Positions 9,368-18,337 of a DNA stretch of 64,000 bases are shown here, in pieces (position 1 is the first letter of the stretch; every line of letters begins with the position of its first letter). Position numbers and translations under genes: made by a program. The notes below the pieces were generated by a model. The model was not told where the DNA came from. It worked only from the letters and a program-made list of their open reading frames with translations, and ran no database searches. The DNA comes from a bacterium. Its GTDB lineage: Bacteria; Armatimonadota; Fimbriimonadia; Fimbriimonadales; Fimbriimonadaceae. The stretch is from assembly GCA_013823945.1 (NCBI GenBank), contig PNMZ01000001.1:906356-970355 (forward strand), written 5' to 3'.

Positions 9368-10065
9368 AGCCGATTATCGGGATCACAACGAGCGCGATGA
9401 CGAGTCCGCGCAATGGTCGCGAATTTGGTCGATTCTTTTTGGAACGGGATTACGTTGATCGAGTGATAGTGGCGGGTGGTGCGCCAATCATGATCCCGCC
9501 GGGGGCGGATGCGGAGACTATCGGGCCGATTTTAGACGGCCTGATCATTCCCGGGGGGAACGATATTGATTCCCAGCTTTGGGGCGAGGATACTCATCCG
9601 GAAGTGGAGTTGGAATACAGTTTACGGACTCAGACGGAGGCGGCAGTGTATGAGAATTTGCGTCCGGAGGCACCAGTTTTGGGGATTTGCTATGGATGTC
9701 AGCTCGTGAATGTTTTGGAGGGGGGGAGCTTGACGCAACATTTGCCGGATGTTTTGGGCCATGACGGTCATCGAGGCGATCCGATTCAGGAGTACCGAAT
9801 TGAGCCGGAGACGAGACTTGCTTCGATTTTGGGTACGAAAGCGCGGGGCAAGAGCTGGCACCATCAGGCGGTCAATCGATTGGCCGATGGAATGAAGATC
9901 AGTGCTTGGCACGAGGACGGGACAATTGAAGCGATTGAAAGTACGGCGGGCCGGTGGTTCTTGGGCCTGCAATGGCACCCAGAGCGTACTGACGTAGAAG
10001 AGAGTGTGATTCTTTTCGAAGCTTTTTTGGCGGCGGTCAAACAGGCGAAGGAGGTTAGGGCGTGA
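9364..10065 (+). CDS. Class I glutamine amidotransferase-like / peptidase C26 (gamma-glutamyl hydrolase PuuD-like) protein
   Basis: GATase1 nucleophile elbow GICYGCQLVNV and a C-terminal His-containing region (LGLQWHPE). The ATGA start overlaps the E2 stop. Confidence 0.7.
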   Translation: MKPIIGITTSAMTSPRNGREFGRFFLERDYVDRVIVAGGAPIMIPPGADAETIGPILDGLIIPGGNDIDSQLWGEDTHPEVELEYSLRTQTEAAVYENLRPEAPVLGICYGCQLVNVLEGGSLTQHLPDVLGHDGHRGDPIQEYRIEPETRLASILGTKARGKSWHHQAVNRLADGMKISAWHEDGTIEAIESTAGRWFLGLQWHPERTDVEESVILFEAFLAAVKQAKEVRA

Positions 10066-10502
10066 AAGTCTTGGTCAATGGGATCGAGATGGAGTTGGGC
10101 GATCCAGCTGGGGTGACGATTCGGGAAGATGGGGAGCGATTGCGTGTTTCGACCCCGGATGGTGTTAAGTCGGCAGTAGTAGTTCGCCGGGGAGATACGA
10201 CTTATGTTTCGATAGACGGCAGTGTTTTTGAAGTTGAGAAATTTTCGGTCAGTCGGAACCGGGCGGGAGTTGCGGGAAGTGGAGAAGGTCGGGCACCGAT
10301 GCCAGGACAAATTGTGGAAGTGCTTTGCGGGGTGGGGGACACGGTGACCGAGGGCCAGACTCTGATTGTCCTAGAGGCCATGAAAATGCAGCAACCAGTG
10401 AAGGCGGATTTTGACGGAGTGGTTAGTGAGTTAAATGTTTTGGCTGGGGATCAAGTTTCTGATGGTCAGGTTTTGGTGAAGGTGGTCAAGGCGGATGCCT
10501 AG
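10062..10502 (+). CDS. Biotin-requiring (biotinyl/lipoyl attachment domain) protein, BCCP-like
   Basis: C-terminal biotinyl domain with the EAMKM biotinylation motif. The N-terminal ~70 aa are uncharacterised. GTG start overlapping the upstream stop. Confidence 0.7.
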   Translation: MKVLVNGIEMELGDPAGVTIREDGERLRVSTPDGVKSAVVVRRGDTTYVSIDGSVFEVEKFSVSRNRAGVAGSGEGRAPMPGQIVEVLCGVGDTVTEGQTLIVLEAMKMQQPVKADFDGVVSELNVLAGDQVSDGQVLVKVVKADA

Positions 10503-11421
10503 CTTGATTACTGATCGGAATGTACGGATTATTGAGGTTGGCCCGAGGGACGGGTTGCAGAACGAGAAAGTTTCGGTAGCGACGGAGGTCAAGGCTCAGT
10601 TCGTCCGAGACTTGGTTGCGGCGGGGCTGCGGGAAATCGAGGTAACGAGTTTTGTTCACCCGAAATGGGTTCCGCAATTGGCGGATGCGGGGGAGCTATT
10701 GGATTTAGTATTGGAACCGGAGGGGGGAAGATTTTCGGTTTTGGTTCCGAATGAGAAGGGTTTGGATCGGGCAATTGAAAAGCGAGTCGGGGCGATTGCA
10801 GTTTTTACGGCGGCGAGTGAAGAGTTTGTCCGGCGGAATATCAATATGTCGATTGCCGAATCATTGGAAGTATTCGGGAGGGTTATTGATAGATATCGCA
10901 GTGAGGTTCCGACGGGATTTGTGCGTGGGTACTTGAGCACCGTTGTCGAGTGTCCGTTTGCGGGAAAAGTTGAGCCTGGAATTGTTGCAGATTTAACGGC
11001 AAAGCTTTTGGAAATGGGGTGTGATGAAGTGAGTTTGGGGGAGACAATTGGGGTTGCGGTTCCGAGCGAGGTTATCGAAGTGGCAAAAGTTGTTGAACAA
11101 GTGACGAATCATTCAAAAGTGGTTTGGCACTTTCATGACACGCGGGGAACGGCGATTGCGAATGTTGGAGCGATGCTTGAGCGGGGGTACCGTAGCTTTG
11201 ATTCGAGTGCGGGTGGTTTGGGTGGTTGCCCTTATGCTCCTGGGGCTGGGGGGAATCTTGCGACGGAGGATTTGGTTTACTTTGCAGAGCGGAACGGGAT
11301 GGTTACCGGTTCTGATTTGGCGTTGATTGCGGCGGCGAGTTTGCCGGTTCTGGAGGCGTTGGGGCGCCCGATGATGGCAAAGAGTCAGCTTGCGGTGCGG
11401 GCGGCTTGTACGTCGCCCTAG
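10495..11421 (+). CDS. Hydroxymethylglutaryl-CoA lyase-like DRE-TIM metallolyase
   Basis: N-terminal IIEVGPRDGLQNE signature of HMG-CoA lyase and HFHDTRGTAIANV metal-binding region, 308 aa. Start overlaps the stop of the biotinyl protein. Confidence 0.8.
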   Translation: MPSLITDRNVRIIEVGPRDGLQNEKVSVATEVKAQFVRDLVAAGLREIEVTSFVHPKWVPQLADAGELLDLVLEPEGGRFSVLVPNEKGLDRAIEKRVGAIAVFTAASEEFVRRNINMSIAESLEVFGRVIDRYRSEVPTGFVRGYLSTVVECPFAGKVEPGIVADLTAKLLEMGCDEVSLGETIGVAVPSEVIEVAKVVEQVTNHSKVVWHFHDTRGTAIANVGAMLERGYRSFDSSAGGLGGCPYAPGAGGNLATEDLVYFAERNGMVTGSDLALIAAASLPVLEALGRPMMAKSQLAVRAACTSP

Positions 11422-12310
11422 CATAGAAGCCGTAAGCGGTCATAGCGAGAGCAATGAATGCTACGAGCCACGTAGCAGTTTTTTCATCTTTCGCCAGTTT
11501 GAATTCGCGCCAGTTGACTATGAGCGCGGTAAGCCCGATAGGGACAAGCGCAGGAAGGGGAAGTTGGATGAGGAGAACGAGGAAAAGGTAGGCGATGAGG
11601 ACAGGTATCAGCCAAATCGCGGTTTCTCGAGGTCGCATTCGGTAGCGGAATAAGCAGGCAAAAAGCATCGCGCTGATAAAGAGATCGGCGGGACCGACAA
11701 ATCCGATATCGGTGACGGCGACGGGGAGATTTTCGACGGCGGTGCTCCGAACGCCGGGTACCCGAAGTCCGAGATTGCCGACGACTTCTGGGTTTTCGGC
11801 GGCGATCTTAGCTTGAGGAGTGAAGGGGGTGAGAATAAGGAGAGCATCGAGTCCGGCGAGGAAGATCGCGATGGGCAGGAGCATGTTTTTCTCGCGGATG
11901 AGGATGCTGACGAGGATGCCGAGCCCGAGTGTCCAGAAGAGCATGCCGAGTTGCATGCAGTTCCCGAGGAGAAGACCAGCGAGTGGAGGAATCGGCTTGA
12001 CTTGGCGAAGGATAACGAATGCTCCGGCGTGGAGAAGAATTCCAGTGAGGAGAAGAATCCAAGCAGGTTGGGGTTTCCACTCGTACGATGCGCCGATAAA
12101 GAGGGCGGCGAAGGGGATGATGATGAAGATGGAAGTAGTTGCGATACTGGCGATGAGAGCAGCGGTTGGAGGAAGGGTGATAAATGCGAGAGCGAGCCTC
12201 ATGGCAAAGAGGAGGGCGGCGGCACTGAAAAAGAGGGGGAGGGGATTGTGGGGGCGCCAAAAGGGCTTTTCGGTGAGTTCAGCTGACATGGATGTTTTCC
12301 GGTTCTTCAA
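11303..12310 (-). CDS. Hypothetical polytopic membrane protein (about 9 TM) with a Pro/Ser-rich C-terminal tail
   Basis: Very hydrophobic ORF with multiple predicted TM helices and no recognisable catalytic motif. Its 3' end overlaps the 3' end of the HMG-CoA lyase-like gene by about 119 nt, convergently. Confidence 0.45.
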   Translation of the reverse strand: MKNRKTSMSAELTEKPFWRPHNPLPLFFSAAALLFAMRLALAFITLPPTAALIASIATTSIFIIIPFAALFIGASYEWKPQPAWILLLTGILLHAGAFVILRQVKPIPPLAGLLLGNCMQLGMLFWTLGLGILVSILIREKNMLLPIAIFLAGLDALLILTPFTPQAKIAAENPEVVGNLGLRVPGVRSTAVENLPVAVTDIGFVGPADLFISAMLFACLFRYRMRPRETAIWLIPVLIAYLFLVLLIQLPLPALVPIGLTALIVNWREFKLAKDEKTATWLVAFIALAMTAYGFYARATYKPPAPQADSLPSSGAPTPPEPANSPPQSTPNQNR

Positions 12311-13457
12311 TCCCTAACGTTTGATTGTAGACGGTAATGATGCGATCGACCATGCGGCTGATTGTATGTTCTCGATAAGTGTCGGTGGCAGATACACCCA
12401 TTCTTTGGGCCAGTTGTGGGTTTTGGATAATCGATTGAGCGGCTGATGCAAAGTCTGAGATTGAGTTTTGGGTGATGAGACCATTTTCACCATGGAGAAC
12501 TGTGTCATCGGCTCCTCCGCCTTCTACGGTAACGATGGGGAGTCCGTACGACATGGCTTCTTGAATTACCAGGCCTTGAGTTTCAGTTTGTGAGGCGAAA
12601 GTGAAAAGGTCAGCGGCTGAATAATAGAGTCCGATTTGGGATCGTTCGATGAATCCCCAGAACTTGACTTTATCGCCGATTCCGAGGTCACGGGCGAGGC
12701 GCCGATATTGTTCGCGTGCAGGTCCGTCGCCCACGACCCAAAGTCGAAGATCAGGATTTGTGGGCATAAGTCGGGCCATTGCATGGATTAGAACGTCAAG
12801 ATTTTTTTCTACGGCGATGCGCCCGCAGTAGAGGGCGACCGTTCGACCCGGGTTGGCGTTCAGCATTTTGCGTGCGACATCGCGCGGGGTGACGATGGGA
12901 TCGGGAACACCAGTTGGGATAACGGTAATGGGTCGGCGAATCTGGTGACGGCTGAGCCAGTCGCGGCTGAATTTGCTGGGTGTGATGATGTGTCGGACGC
13001 GGTTGTAATAGTAGTTGGTGTGCTTGGCGATTTTGTACTTGAGGAATCGGTTGGGGAAGAGTGGGATGTAGTGGGTGTATTTATCGTACAGAGTGTGGTA
13101 AGTAGTGACGAGAGGGATGTTGTGTGATTCAGCCCAACGGAGACCAACAAATCCGATCGTAAAGGGGGTGTGGGTGTGTATGAGGTCGAACTTATGTTGG
13201 CGGAATTCGCGTAGCAGGGGATAGAACGGGGGCAGCGAAAGGGGGTATCCGGGCGCAAAGGGGGTCTTTGTCGCAAAAAATCGGTGGGTATTCGGATCGA
13301 GATCCCGGTGTCCTGGATAGCCGGAGGTAAAGAGATGAACGGAGTGACCTCGTTCTCGCAGTCCCTCGATGAGGGCGTCAATGCTGACGCTCACCCCATT
13401 GAGAATGGGGAGGGCACTATCGGAAAAGATCGCAATGTTCAGCGGCCTAGGAGGCAC
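12279..13457 (-). CDS. Glycosyltransferase family 4 (GT-B fold, group 1)
   Basis: GT4 features: N-terminal ...IAIFSDSALPILNGVSVSIDALIEGLRERGHSVHLFT and a C-terminal EX7E-like region (TQGLVIQEAMSYGLPIVTVEGGGADD). Confidence 0.8.
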   Translation of the reverse strand: MPPRPLNIAIFSDSALPILNGVSVSIDALIEGLRERGHSVHLFTSGYPGHRDLDPNTHRFFATKTPFAPGYPLSLPPFYPLLREFRQHKFDLIHTHTPFTIGFVGLRWAESHNIPLVTTYHTLYDKYTHYIPLFPNRFLKYKIAKHTNYYYNRVRHIITPSKFSRDWLSRHQIRRPITVIPTGVPDPIVTPRDVARKMLNANPGRTVALYCGRIAVEKNLDVLIHAMARLMPTNPDLRLWVVGDGPAREQYRRLARDLGIGDKVKFWGFIERSQIGLYYSAADLFTFASQTETQGLVIQEAMSYGLPIVTVEGGGADDTVLHGENGLITQNSISDFASAAQSIIQNPQLAQRMGVSATDTYREHTISRMVDRIITVYNQTLGIEEPENIHVS

Positions 13458-13465
13458 GCTTTCTA

Positions 13466-13972
13466 TTATCCCTCAGGAAGTCGTCCGTGTTCTTCGACGA
13501 ATTTGACGATGCCGGAGAGTCGGAATCGTCGTTGTCCGCCTTTAGTGCGATGGTGGGTGAGCCATCCGCGATTGGTGTATCGTCGGACGGTCGCGGGGCA
13601 GACGCCGAGGAGGCGAGACGCTTCTTCAAGTGTTAATTCTGGATTGAGCAGTCTTCTAATAAGGTCTTCTCGGGTTTCTTTGAAGTCGCCTTGGTAGTAT
13701 TTGCTGGTCACTGAATCGGTAAAGAATGTGCCGAGGAATTCGATGTTTTTGGGCAGGTTTTCGAGAATGAACTTGAGGTCTTCGTCGAGAACGGAGTGAG
13801 CTTCTTCAACTTGGGCTGATTTTCGGGGTCGGGGTGCGCTCAGCTTAGTTTTACGGAATTTGTTCGCTTGGGTTGGGGTCTTGGCGGTGTCGGTGGATTT
13901 GCCATTGCGTTTAGGTTTGTCTTCAAAAGCGTTTTCGATATAAGCAAGCGGGTCAAATTCCTTTGTGGGCAT
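13466..13972 (-). CDS. Excisionase/MerR-type helix-turn-helix DNA-binding protein
   Basis: C-terminal HTH LTLEEASRLLGVCPATVRRYTNRGWL (excisionase-family DNA-binding domain). The N-terminal half is basic and low-complexity. Confidence 0.55.
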   Translation of the reverse strand: MPTKEFDPLAYIENAFEDKPKRNGKSTDTAKTPTQANKFRKTKLSAPRPRKSAQVEEAHSVLDEDLKFILENLPKNIEFLGTFFTDSVTSKYYQGDFKETREDLIRRLLNPELTLEEASRLLGVCPATVRRYTNRGWLTHHRTKGGQRRFRLSGIVKFVEEHGRLPEG

Positions 13973-14021
13973 AGTCGGTTAGTCATATTACACAAATCAG
14001 AGAGAGTGGAAAGACCTTTCG

Positions 14022-15032
14022 CTAGAGGATGAGCATCGAATCGCCAAATGAAAGGAATCGATACCGTAAATTTACTGCCTCTTTGTAAGCTAGGCGGATG
14101 GATTCAGGGGTTGCGAGGGCGGAAATCATCAGGAGCATAGTAGTCCTAGGCATGTGAAAGTTTGTGAACATTCCGTCTACTATTTTGAAATCGAATCCCG
14201 GGTTGATGAAGAGCTTTGAGACAGTTTTTCCGGGTGTGAGTTGTCTTTTTCCGGTTGCGAAGGTTTCCAGGGTGCGGACAGTTGTGGTTCCGACCGCAAT
14301 AATCCGTCCTTTACATTCGGCTACCTTTTTTGCGGTTGCGGCGGGGATTTCGCATTGTTCGCCATGCATTTCGTGATCGGCAATCGTGTCGGATTGAATT
14401 GGGCGGAAGGTATCGAGTCCGACGTGGAGTGTGACTTCGGCAATGTCTATCCCTTTTTTGACTAAGTGGTCTAAGATTGATTGGGTGAAGTGTAAACCCG
14501 CAGTTGGAGCGGCGGCGGAGCCATCGGTTTGCGCAATGACCGTTTGGTAGCGACTGCGGTCGGCGAGGGGCGTGTGGATGTACGGAGGGACAGGAGCAAG
14601 GCTGATTTCGTGCAGAGTTTCTCGCCAGTCTGAGGTTTGGGTGAATGTGAGAATGCGTTGACCACCGTCAGTTTCCCCGGTGACAGTCGCGGTGAGTCCT
14701 TGTTCGAATTGAATGATTGACCCGGGTGGGAATTTCTTGGCGGGTTTGAGGAGGCATTTGAAGGTTCCCGGTTCAGTTTCTGTGATGAGGAGGGCTTCCA
14801 CTTTGGCTCCGGATGGCTTTTGACCGTAGACTCGAAGGGCATTGACCCGGGTGTTGTTCATGATGAGGAGGTCGCCGGGTTCGAGGATTTCGGTGACTTC
14901 TCGGAATTGACGATGGAAAATTTCGCCTGAGTGACGGTCAAGATTCAGGAGTCGGCTGGCGTCTCGCTCGGCCAGAGGCTCTTGAGCGATCAGTTCTTCA
15001 GGGAGGTGGTAGTTCAGGTCGTCAAGATTCAT
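14022..15032 (-). CDS. queA: S-adenosylmethionine:tRNA ribosyltransferase-isomerase
   Basis: MNLDDLNYHLPEELIAQEPLAERDASRLL is the canonical QueA N-terminus and the protein is full length at 336 aa. Confidence 0.9.
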   Translation of the reverse strand: MNLDDLNYHLPEELIAQEPLAERDASRLLNLDRHSGEIFHRQFREVTEILEPGDLLIMNNTRVNALRVYGQKPSGAKVEALLITETEPGTFKCLLKPAKKFPPGSIIQFEQGLTATVTGETDGGQRILTFTQTSDWRETLHEISLAPVPPYIHTPLADRSRYQTVIAQTDGSAAAPTAGLHFTQSILDHLVKKGIDIAEVTLHVGLDTFRPIQSDTIADHEMHGEQCEIPAATAKKVAECKGRIIAVGTTTVRTLETFATGKRQLTPGKTVSKLFINPGFDFKIVDGMFTNFHMPRTTMLLMISALATPESIRLAYKEAVNLRYRFLSFGDSMLIL

Positions 15033-15718
15033 AGATGGTTGATGATTTCGGTGAGGGATGCGATTCGGTGCGAGGAAGGTTCTTCGTGGCGGTCAATGAG
15101 AATCGCGTCCCAGCCAAAGTCGCGGGCGCCTTTGATGTCGGCGAGGGGGTCATCGCCGATATGGAGGACTTTATTAGTTTGAAGATGATTTTGCGCGATT
15201 TGGAAAAGCGCAGGGTCGGGTTTTTCGATTCCTTCTTCGAGACTCGCGATTATCTCGGAAAAGAACGGTGTGAGGTTGAGCATTGCGCATGTGCGGTGGA
15301 GGCTGACATCCCAGTTGGAGAGGATGATCAGGGGGAGTTTGGTTTCGGCTAAGGTTTGAAGGGCAGGGAGAGTGTCAGGGTAGAGGGTGAAGACAGTTGA
15401 GTTGGGACAAAAGATGATTTCGTCCGCGGCTTGGTACAAGTCGTCGAGGTTGTCGTGCGGGAGAGCGAGACGAGTGAGCCAGTCGGCTCCAAGTTCGTGC
15501 CAGAAAGCGTCGGTGATTTCAGGGTTTCGAGAAAGATTCAGCTGTTGGAAATGTGTCCAGCGGGAGTGGAGGAGCCGGAGGTAGGTTTCGGCGGCGACTT
15601 GGGGGTCGGGGACGGGGATTCCGACTTGGAGAGCGGCTTGGACGGCGATTTTTTCGGGTTGCCAGTTGACTTCGATGAGAGTACCGGCAGCATCGAAGCT
15701 GATGGCTTCGTATTTCAT
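15029..15718 (-). CDS. HAD-superfamily hydrolase (haloacid dehalogenase-like)
   Basis: The ATG at 15718 gives a 229 aa protein starting MKYEAISFDAAGTL (HAD motif I DxxGT) with IGDDPLADIKGA (motif IV). The track's 469 aa extension is low-complexity and implausible. The stop overlaps the queA start (ATGA). Confidence 0.75.
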   Translation of the reverse strand: MKYEAISFDAAGTLIEVNWQPEKIAVQAALQVGIPVPDPQVAAETYLRLLHSRWTHFQQLNLSRNPEITDAFWHELGADWLTRLALPHDNLDDLYQAADEIIFCPNSTVFTLYPDTLPALQTLAETKLPLIILSNWDVSLHRTCAMLNLTPFFSEIIASLEEGIEKPDPALFQIAQNHLQTNKVLHIGDDPLADIKGARDFGWDAILIDRHEEPSSHRIASLTEIINHL

Positions 15719-15898
15719 TGATTGGAACGATACCGAGGCAAGAGGTCGAGTGATTGAGGCTTGGGGTGGATTGTTAAGAGAATGTTTTTGTGAATTGTGA
15801 GATATGTCGAAACGTCCTATTCGTAGAATTGGGTGAGAACCTGCGGTGGAGTTTGGCAGTAATGTTGAATGAACACCGATTGGACGGAGTGAATTGAA

Positions 15899-16591
15899 AT
15901 GATGATGAAGAAGATTTTGTTGATGGTAGCGGCAGTTTCGGCAATTGCGGTTGCAGAAGCTCCTCAAGAAGCCGTGACGTTGCGAATGAACCTGGAAAAG
16001 GGTCAAGCGTACGCGAGCAAGGTGAATGTTCAGGTTGACTTTAGTGGTCAAACCGTAAACGTGACGAGCAAGAGCATAACGACGGTTAAGTCGGCAGAGA
16101 ATGGCGTTTTTGTGCTCGAGTCGGCTCAGTCGGAAATGATGATTGACATGGGCGGCGGTCAGACGATGGAACAGCCGGACTCGACTTTGACGATCACGCA
16201 AAATGCCATGGGCAAGATTTTGAAAGTTGAAGGCGACATGGTTACCGAAGAAGCTAGCCGCTTGATGAATGCGTTCAACTTCTTCTATCCGGAGAAAGCG
16301 GTGAAAGCCGGCGACAAGTGGGAAACCACGATTGCGGCGGACAAAGACTTGGGTACCCGAGAATTGACGATTAAGTACGAAATGGTTGAAGTCAAGGATT
16401 GGAAGGGTAAGAAAGTTGCCGTTTTGAAGGTTGACCATACGGAATCGGGCGAGATGCCGATTTCTGTGAGCGGAACAGTTGCAGTTGAGATCAAGACCGG
16501 GATGCCGATGATGATGGATTTGGCATTCAAGAACATGCCGCAGATGGGTATGACGTTCGACGGAACTTGGAAGACCGAAGCGATCCTCTAA
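15899..16591 (+). CDS. Secreted hypothetical protein, paralog A (Met-rich C-terminal motif)
   Basis: Signal peptide MMMKKILLMVAAVSAIAVAEA. Shares the N-terminal block LRMNLEKGQAY... with the next gene. Contains MPMMMDLAFKNMPQMGM near the C-terminus. Confidence 0.6.
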   Translation: MMMKKILLMVAAVSAIAVAEAPQEAVTLRMNLEKGQAYASKVNVQVDFSGQTVNVTSKSITTVKSAENGVFVLESAQSEMMIDMGGGQTMEQPDSTLTITQNAMGKILKVEGDMVTEEASRLMNAFNFFYPEKAVKAGDKWETTIAADKDLGTRELTIKYEMVEVKDWKGKKVAVLKVDHTESGEMPISVSGTVAVEIKTGMPMMMDLAFKNMPQMGMTFDGTWKTEAIL

Positions 16592-16610
16592 CAGGTTGGC
16601 TTGTTAAGAA

Positions 16611-16641
16611 AAGCCCGGAGTGGAATCTCCGGGCTTTTTTT
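16611..16641 (+). terminator. Rho-independent terminator
   Basis: The hairpin aagcccggag-tggaat-ctccgggctt is followed by a 7-nt T-tract. Confidence 0.6.
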
Positions 16642-16661
16642 GCATCATTTCTTGATGGATT

Positions 16662-17384
16662 TTGGTAGAACAATTTGTGATGACAAGAATTTCCCGAGTA
16701 TTGGCGGTTGGAGTTGTTGGTGTTTTGGCCGTGGTGGGTTCGGCAGTTGCGCAGGACAAGGTCTTGATGCGGTTGAACCTGGAGAAAGGCCAGGTTTTTA
16801 CATATCAGACAGTAGTGACAACAGAGATTTCAGGCGAAAAGTCAAAGGCTTCTGAGCTAGAAATGGTTTACACGTTGACCGTCAAGAAAAAGCTCAACAA
16901 GATTTTTGAAGTCGAATATCAAATATCCAGTGCATCCGCATTAGGTGAGCAAATCAGCTTTGATCACGGTATTTTTGGGCAAATAACGCTTAAGTTTGAT
17001 GAAAAGCGAAATCAAAAGGAACCGAACCTTAAACCAGGAAATGACGATCAGTTGTTACCGCAATTAGGTGGAGGATTTCCAGTTGAGCGAATAGAAGTTG
17101 GAAGCACTTGGACAACTCCGTTTAGATGGCCCACTGAAAGTAGGAATGGTTCCGCCGTTATGAGTTATTCCGTTTTTGAACGAAAAAAATTTAAGGATTG
17201 GGAAGTGCTAGAGATTCGTGGTCAACTTGAAAATGGAAATAATGAGTTCCGAATGTCGACCTCGGAATTGGTCGATGTCAAATCGGGAATGCCTGTGGTT
17301 GCTCAAATCACTATGGATATCACTTACCCTGAATTGGGAGTTGTTAGAACTACTACAGTCACGCGATTATTGGGGGTGAGATAA
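16662..17384 (+). CDS. Secreted hypothetical protein, paralog B
   Basis: Signal peptide (MTRISRVLAVGVVGVLAVVGSAVA), then LMRLNLEKGQVFTYQTVVTTEISGE, parallel to paralog A. The 3' two-thirds of the gene are visibly AT-richer than the surroundings. Confidence 0.6.
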   Translation: MVEQFVMTRISRVLAVGVVGVLAVVGSAVAQDKVLMRLNLEKGQVFTYQTVVTTEISGEKSKASELEMVYTLTVKKKLNKIFEVEYQISSASALGEQISFDHGIFGQITLKFDEKRNQKEPNLKPGNDDQLLPQLGGGFPVERIEVGSTWTTPFRWPTESRNGSAVMSYSVFERKKFKDWEVLEIRGQLENGNNEFRMSTSELVDVKSGMPVVAQITMDITYPELGVVRTTTVTRLLGVR

Positions 17385-17386
17385 AG

Positions 17387-17971
17387 TTATCCCCGTAGTT
17401 TTTTTGGTTGATTGATTTGGTGGCAGGCGCGGCAGCGGGCTTCGTATGATTCGGTGGCTCCGATGAGGACGATGGGGTCGTTCCATTTGGCGGGTTTGCC
17501 GTCGATGATGCGCTGAGTGTGGCTGGCGGGGCGTCCGCATTTCATGCAGATGGCGCGGAGTTTGACGACTTCGTCGGCGACCGCGAGGAGCTCGGGCATG
17601 GGGCCGAAGGGCTGGCGGCGGAAATCTTGGTCGAGTCCGGCGGCGATGACTTCAACACCTTTGTCGGCGAGATGAGTAAGGAAGGGGACGATGGAGGGGT
17701 CAAAGAACTGGACTTCTTCAATGCAGATGACTTCGGTATTGGGGGCGATGGATTGGCGGAGCTCTTCGACGTTGCGGACAGGTTTGCTGGGGTGTTTTAC
17801 GCCCATATGGGTGACGACGTGCTCTTCGTCGTAGCGGATGTCGATGGCGGGTTTGAAGACTTGGACCAGTTTTTTGGCAAAGAGGGCGCGGCGAGCGCGG
17901 CGGATGAGTTCTTCAGATTTTCCGGCGTACATGCTGCCGCAGACAACGATGAGTTGACCGCATTTTTTCAT
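17387..17971 (-). CDS. tdk: Thymidine kinase
   Basis: P-loop LIVVCGSMYAGKSEELIRR and a C-terminal Zn-ribbon (CMKCGRPASHTQR...CRACH). Confidence 0.9.
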   Translation of the reverse strand: MKKCGQLIVVCGSMYAGKSEELIRRARRALFAKKLVQVFKPAIDIRYDEEHVVTHMGVKHPSKPVRNVEELRQSIAPNTEVICIEEVQFFDPSIVPFLTHLADKGVEVIAAGLDQDFRRQPFGPMPELLAVADEVVKLRAICMKCGRPASHTQRIIDGKPAKWNDPIVLIGATESYEARCRACHQINQPKKLRG

Positions 17972-18303
17972 TCGATGGGGTCTCCGGGATTGTCATTTTC
18001 CAGGTCAGCTTCGAACATTTCTTCTAATTCTGCGCTCATGTCGTCATCGGTCGCGCGGCCCATTTCTTTGATGAATTCTCGCATTTCGCCAGTTGATTCT
18101 GGCTGATCCATGGCTTCGAGTTTGTCGGCGATATGGTCTATGCGGTCATCTTCGGAGCGGAGTCGTCGGAATTTACTCACGAGTTTTTGGTGGTTTTTGG
18201 CTCCGCAGTGGGGACAAGGGGACTGATTAGGGTTTTCGGAGAGGGTCAGAAGGAGTTCGAATTTTGTGTGACAAGATTGGCACCGGAACTCGTAGATGGG
18301 CAT
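17968..18303 (-). CDS. FmdB-family zinc-ribbon regulatory protein
   Basis: MPIYEFRCQSCHTKFELL...CPHCGA (FmdB CxxC-x-CxxC zinc ribbon) followed by an acidic tail. Confidence 0.7.
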   Translation of the reverse strand: MPIYEFRCQSCHTKFELLLTLSENPNQSPCPHCGAKNHQKLVSKFRRLRSEDDRIDHIADKLEAMDQPESTGEMREFIKEMGRATDDDMSAELEEMFEADLENDNPGDPIE

Positions 18304-18328
18304 GGATTTGGGGGTGATGGTACCGGCT

Positions 18329-18337
18329 TGGTATAAT
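18329..18337 (+). promoter_or_regulatory. Candidate extended -10 promoter element (TGgTATAAT) in the FmdB/hflX divergent intergenic region
   Basis: cggcttggTATAATcagg has a perfect TATAAT at 18332-18337 with TG two nt upstream. Confidence 0.3.

Noticed and set aside
15719-16438. The 469 aa version of the HAD hydrolase ORF (start at 16438)
   Set aside because: The 240-residue N-terminal extension is low-complexity (R/N/H/L-rich) with no HAD cap features and would run into the promoter region of the divergent gene. The ATG at 15718 gives a canonical HAD protein starting with the DxxGT motif.
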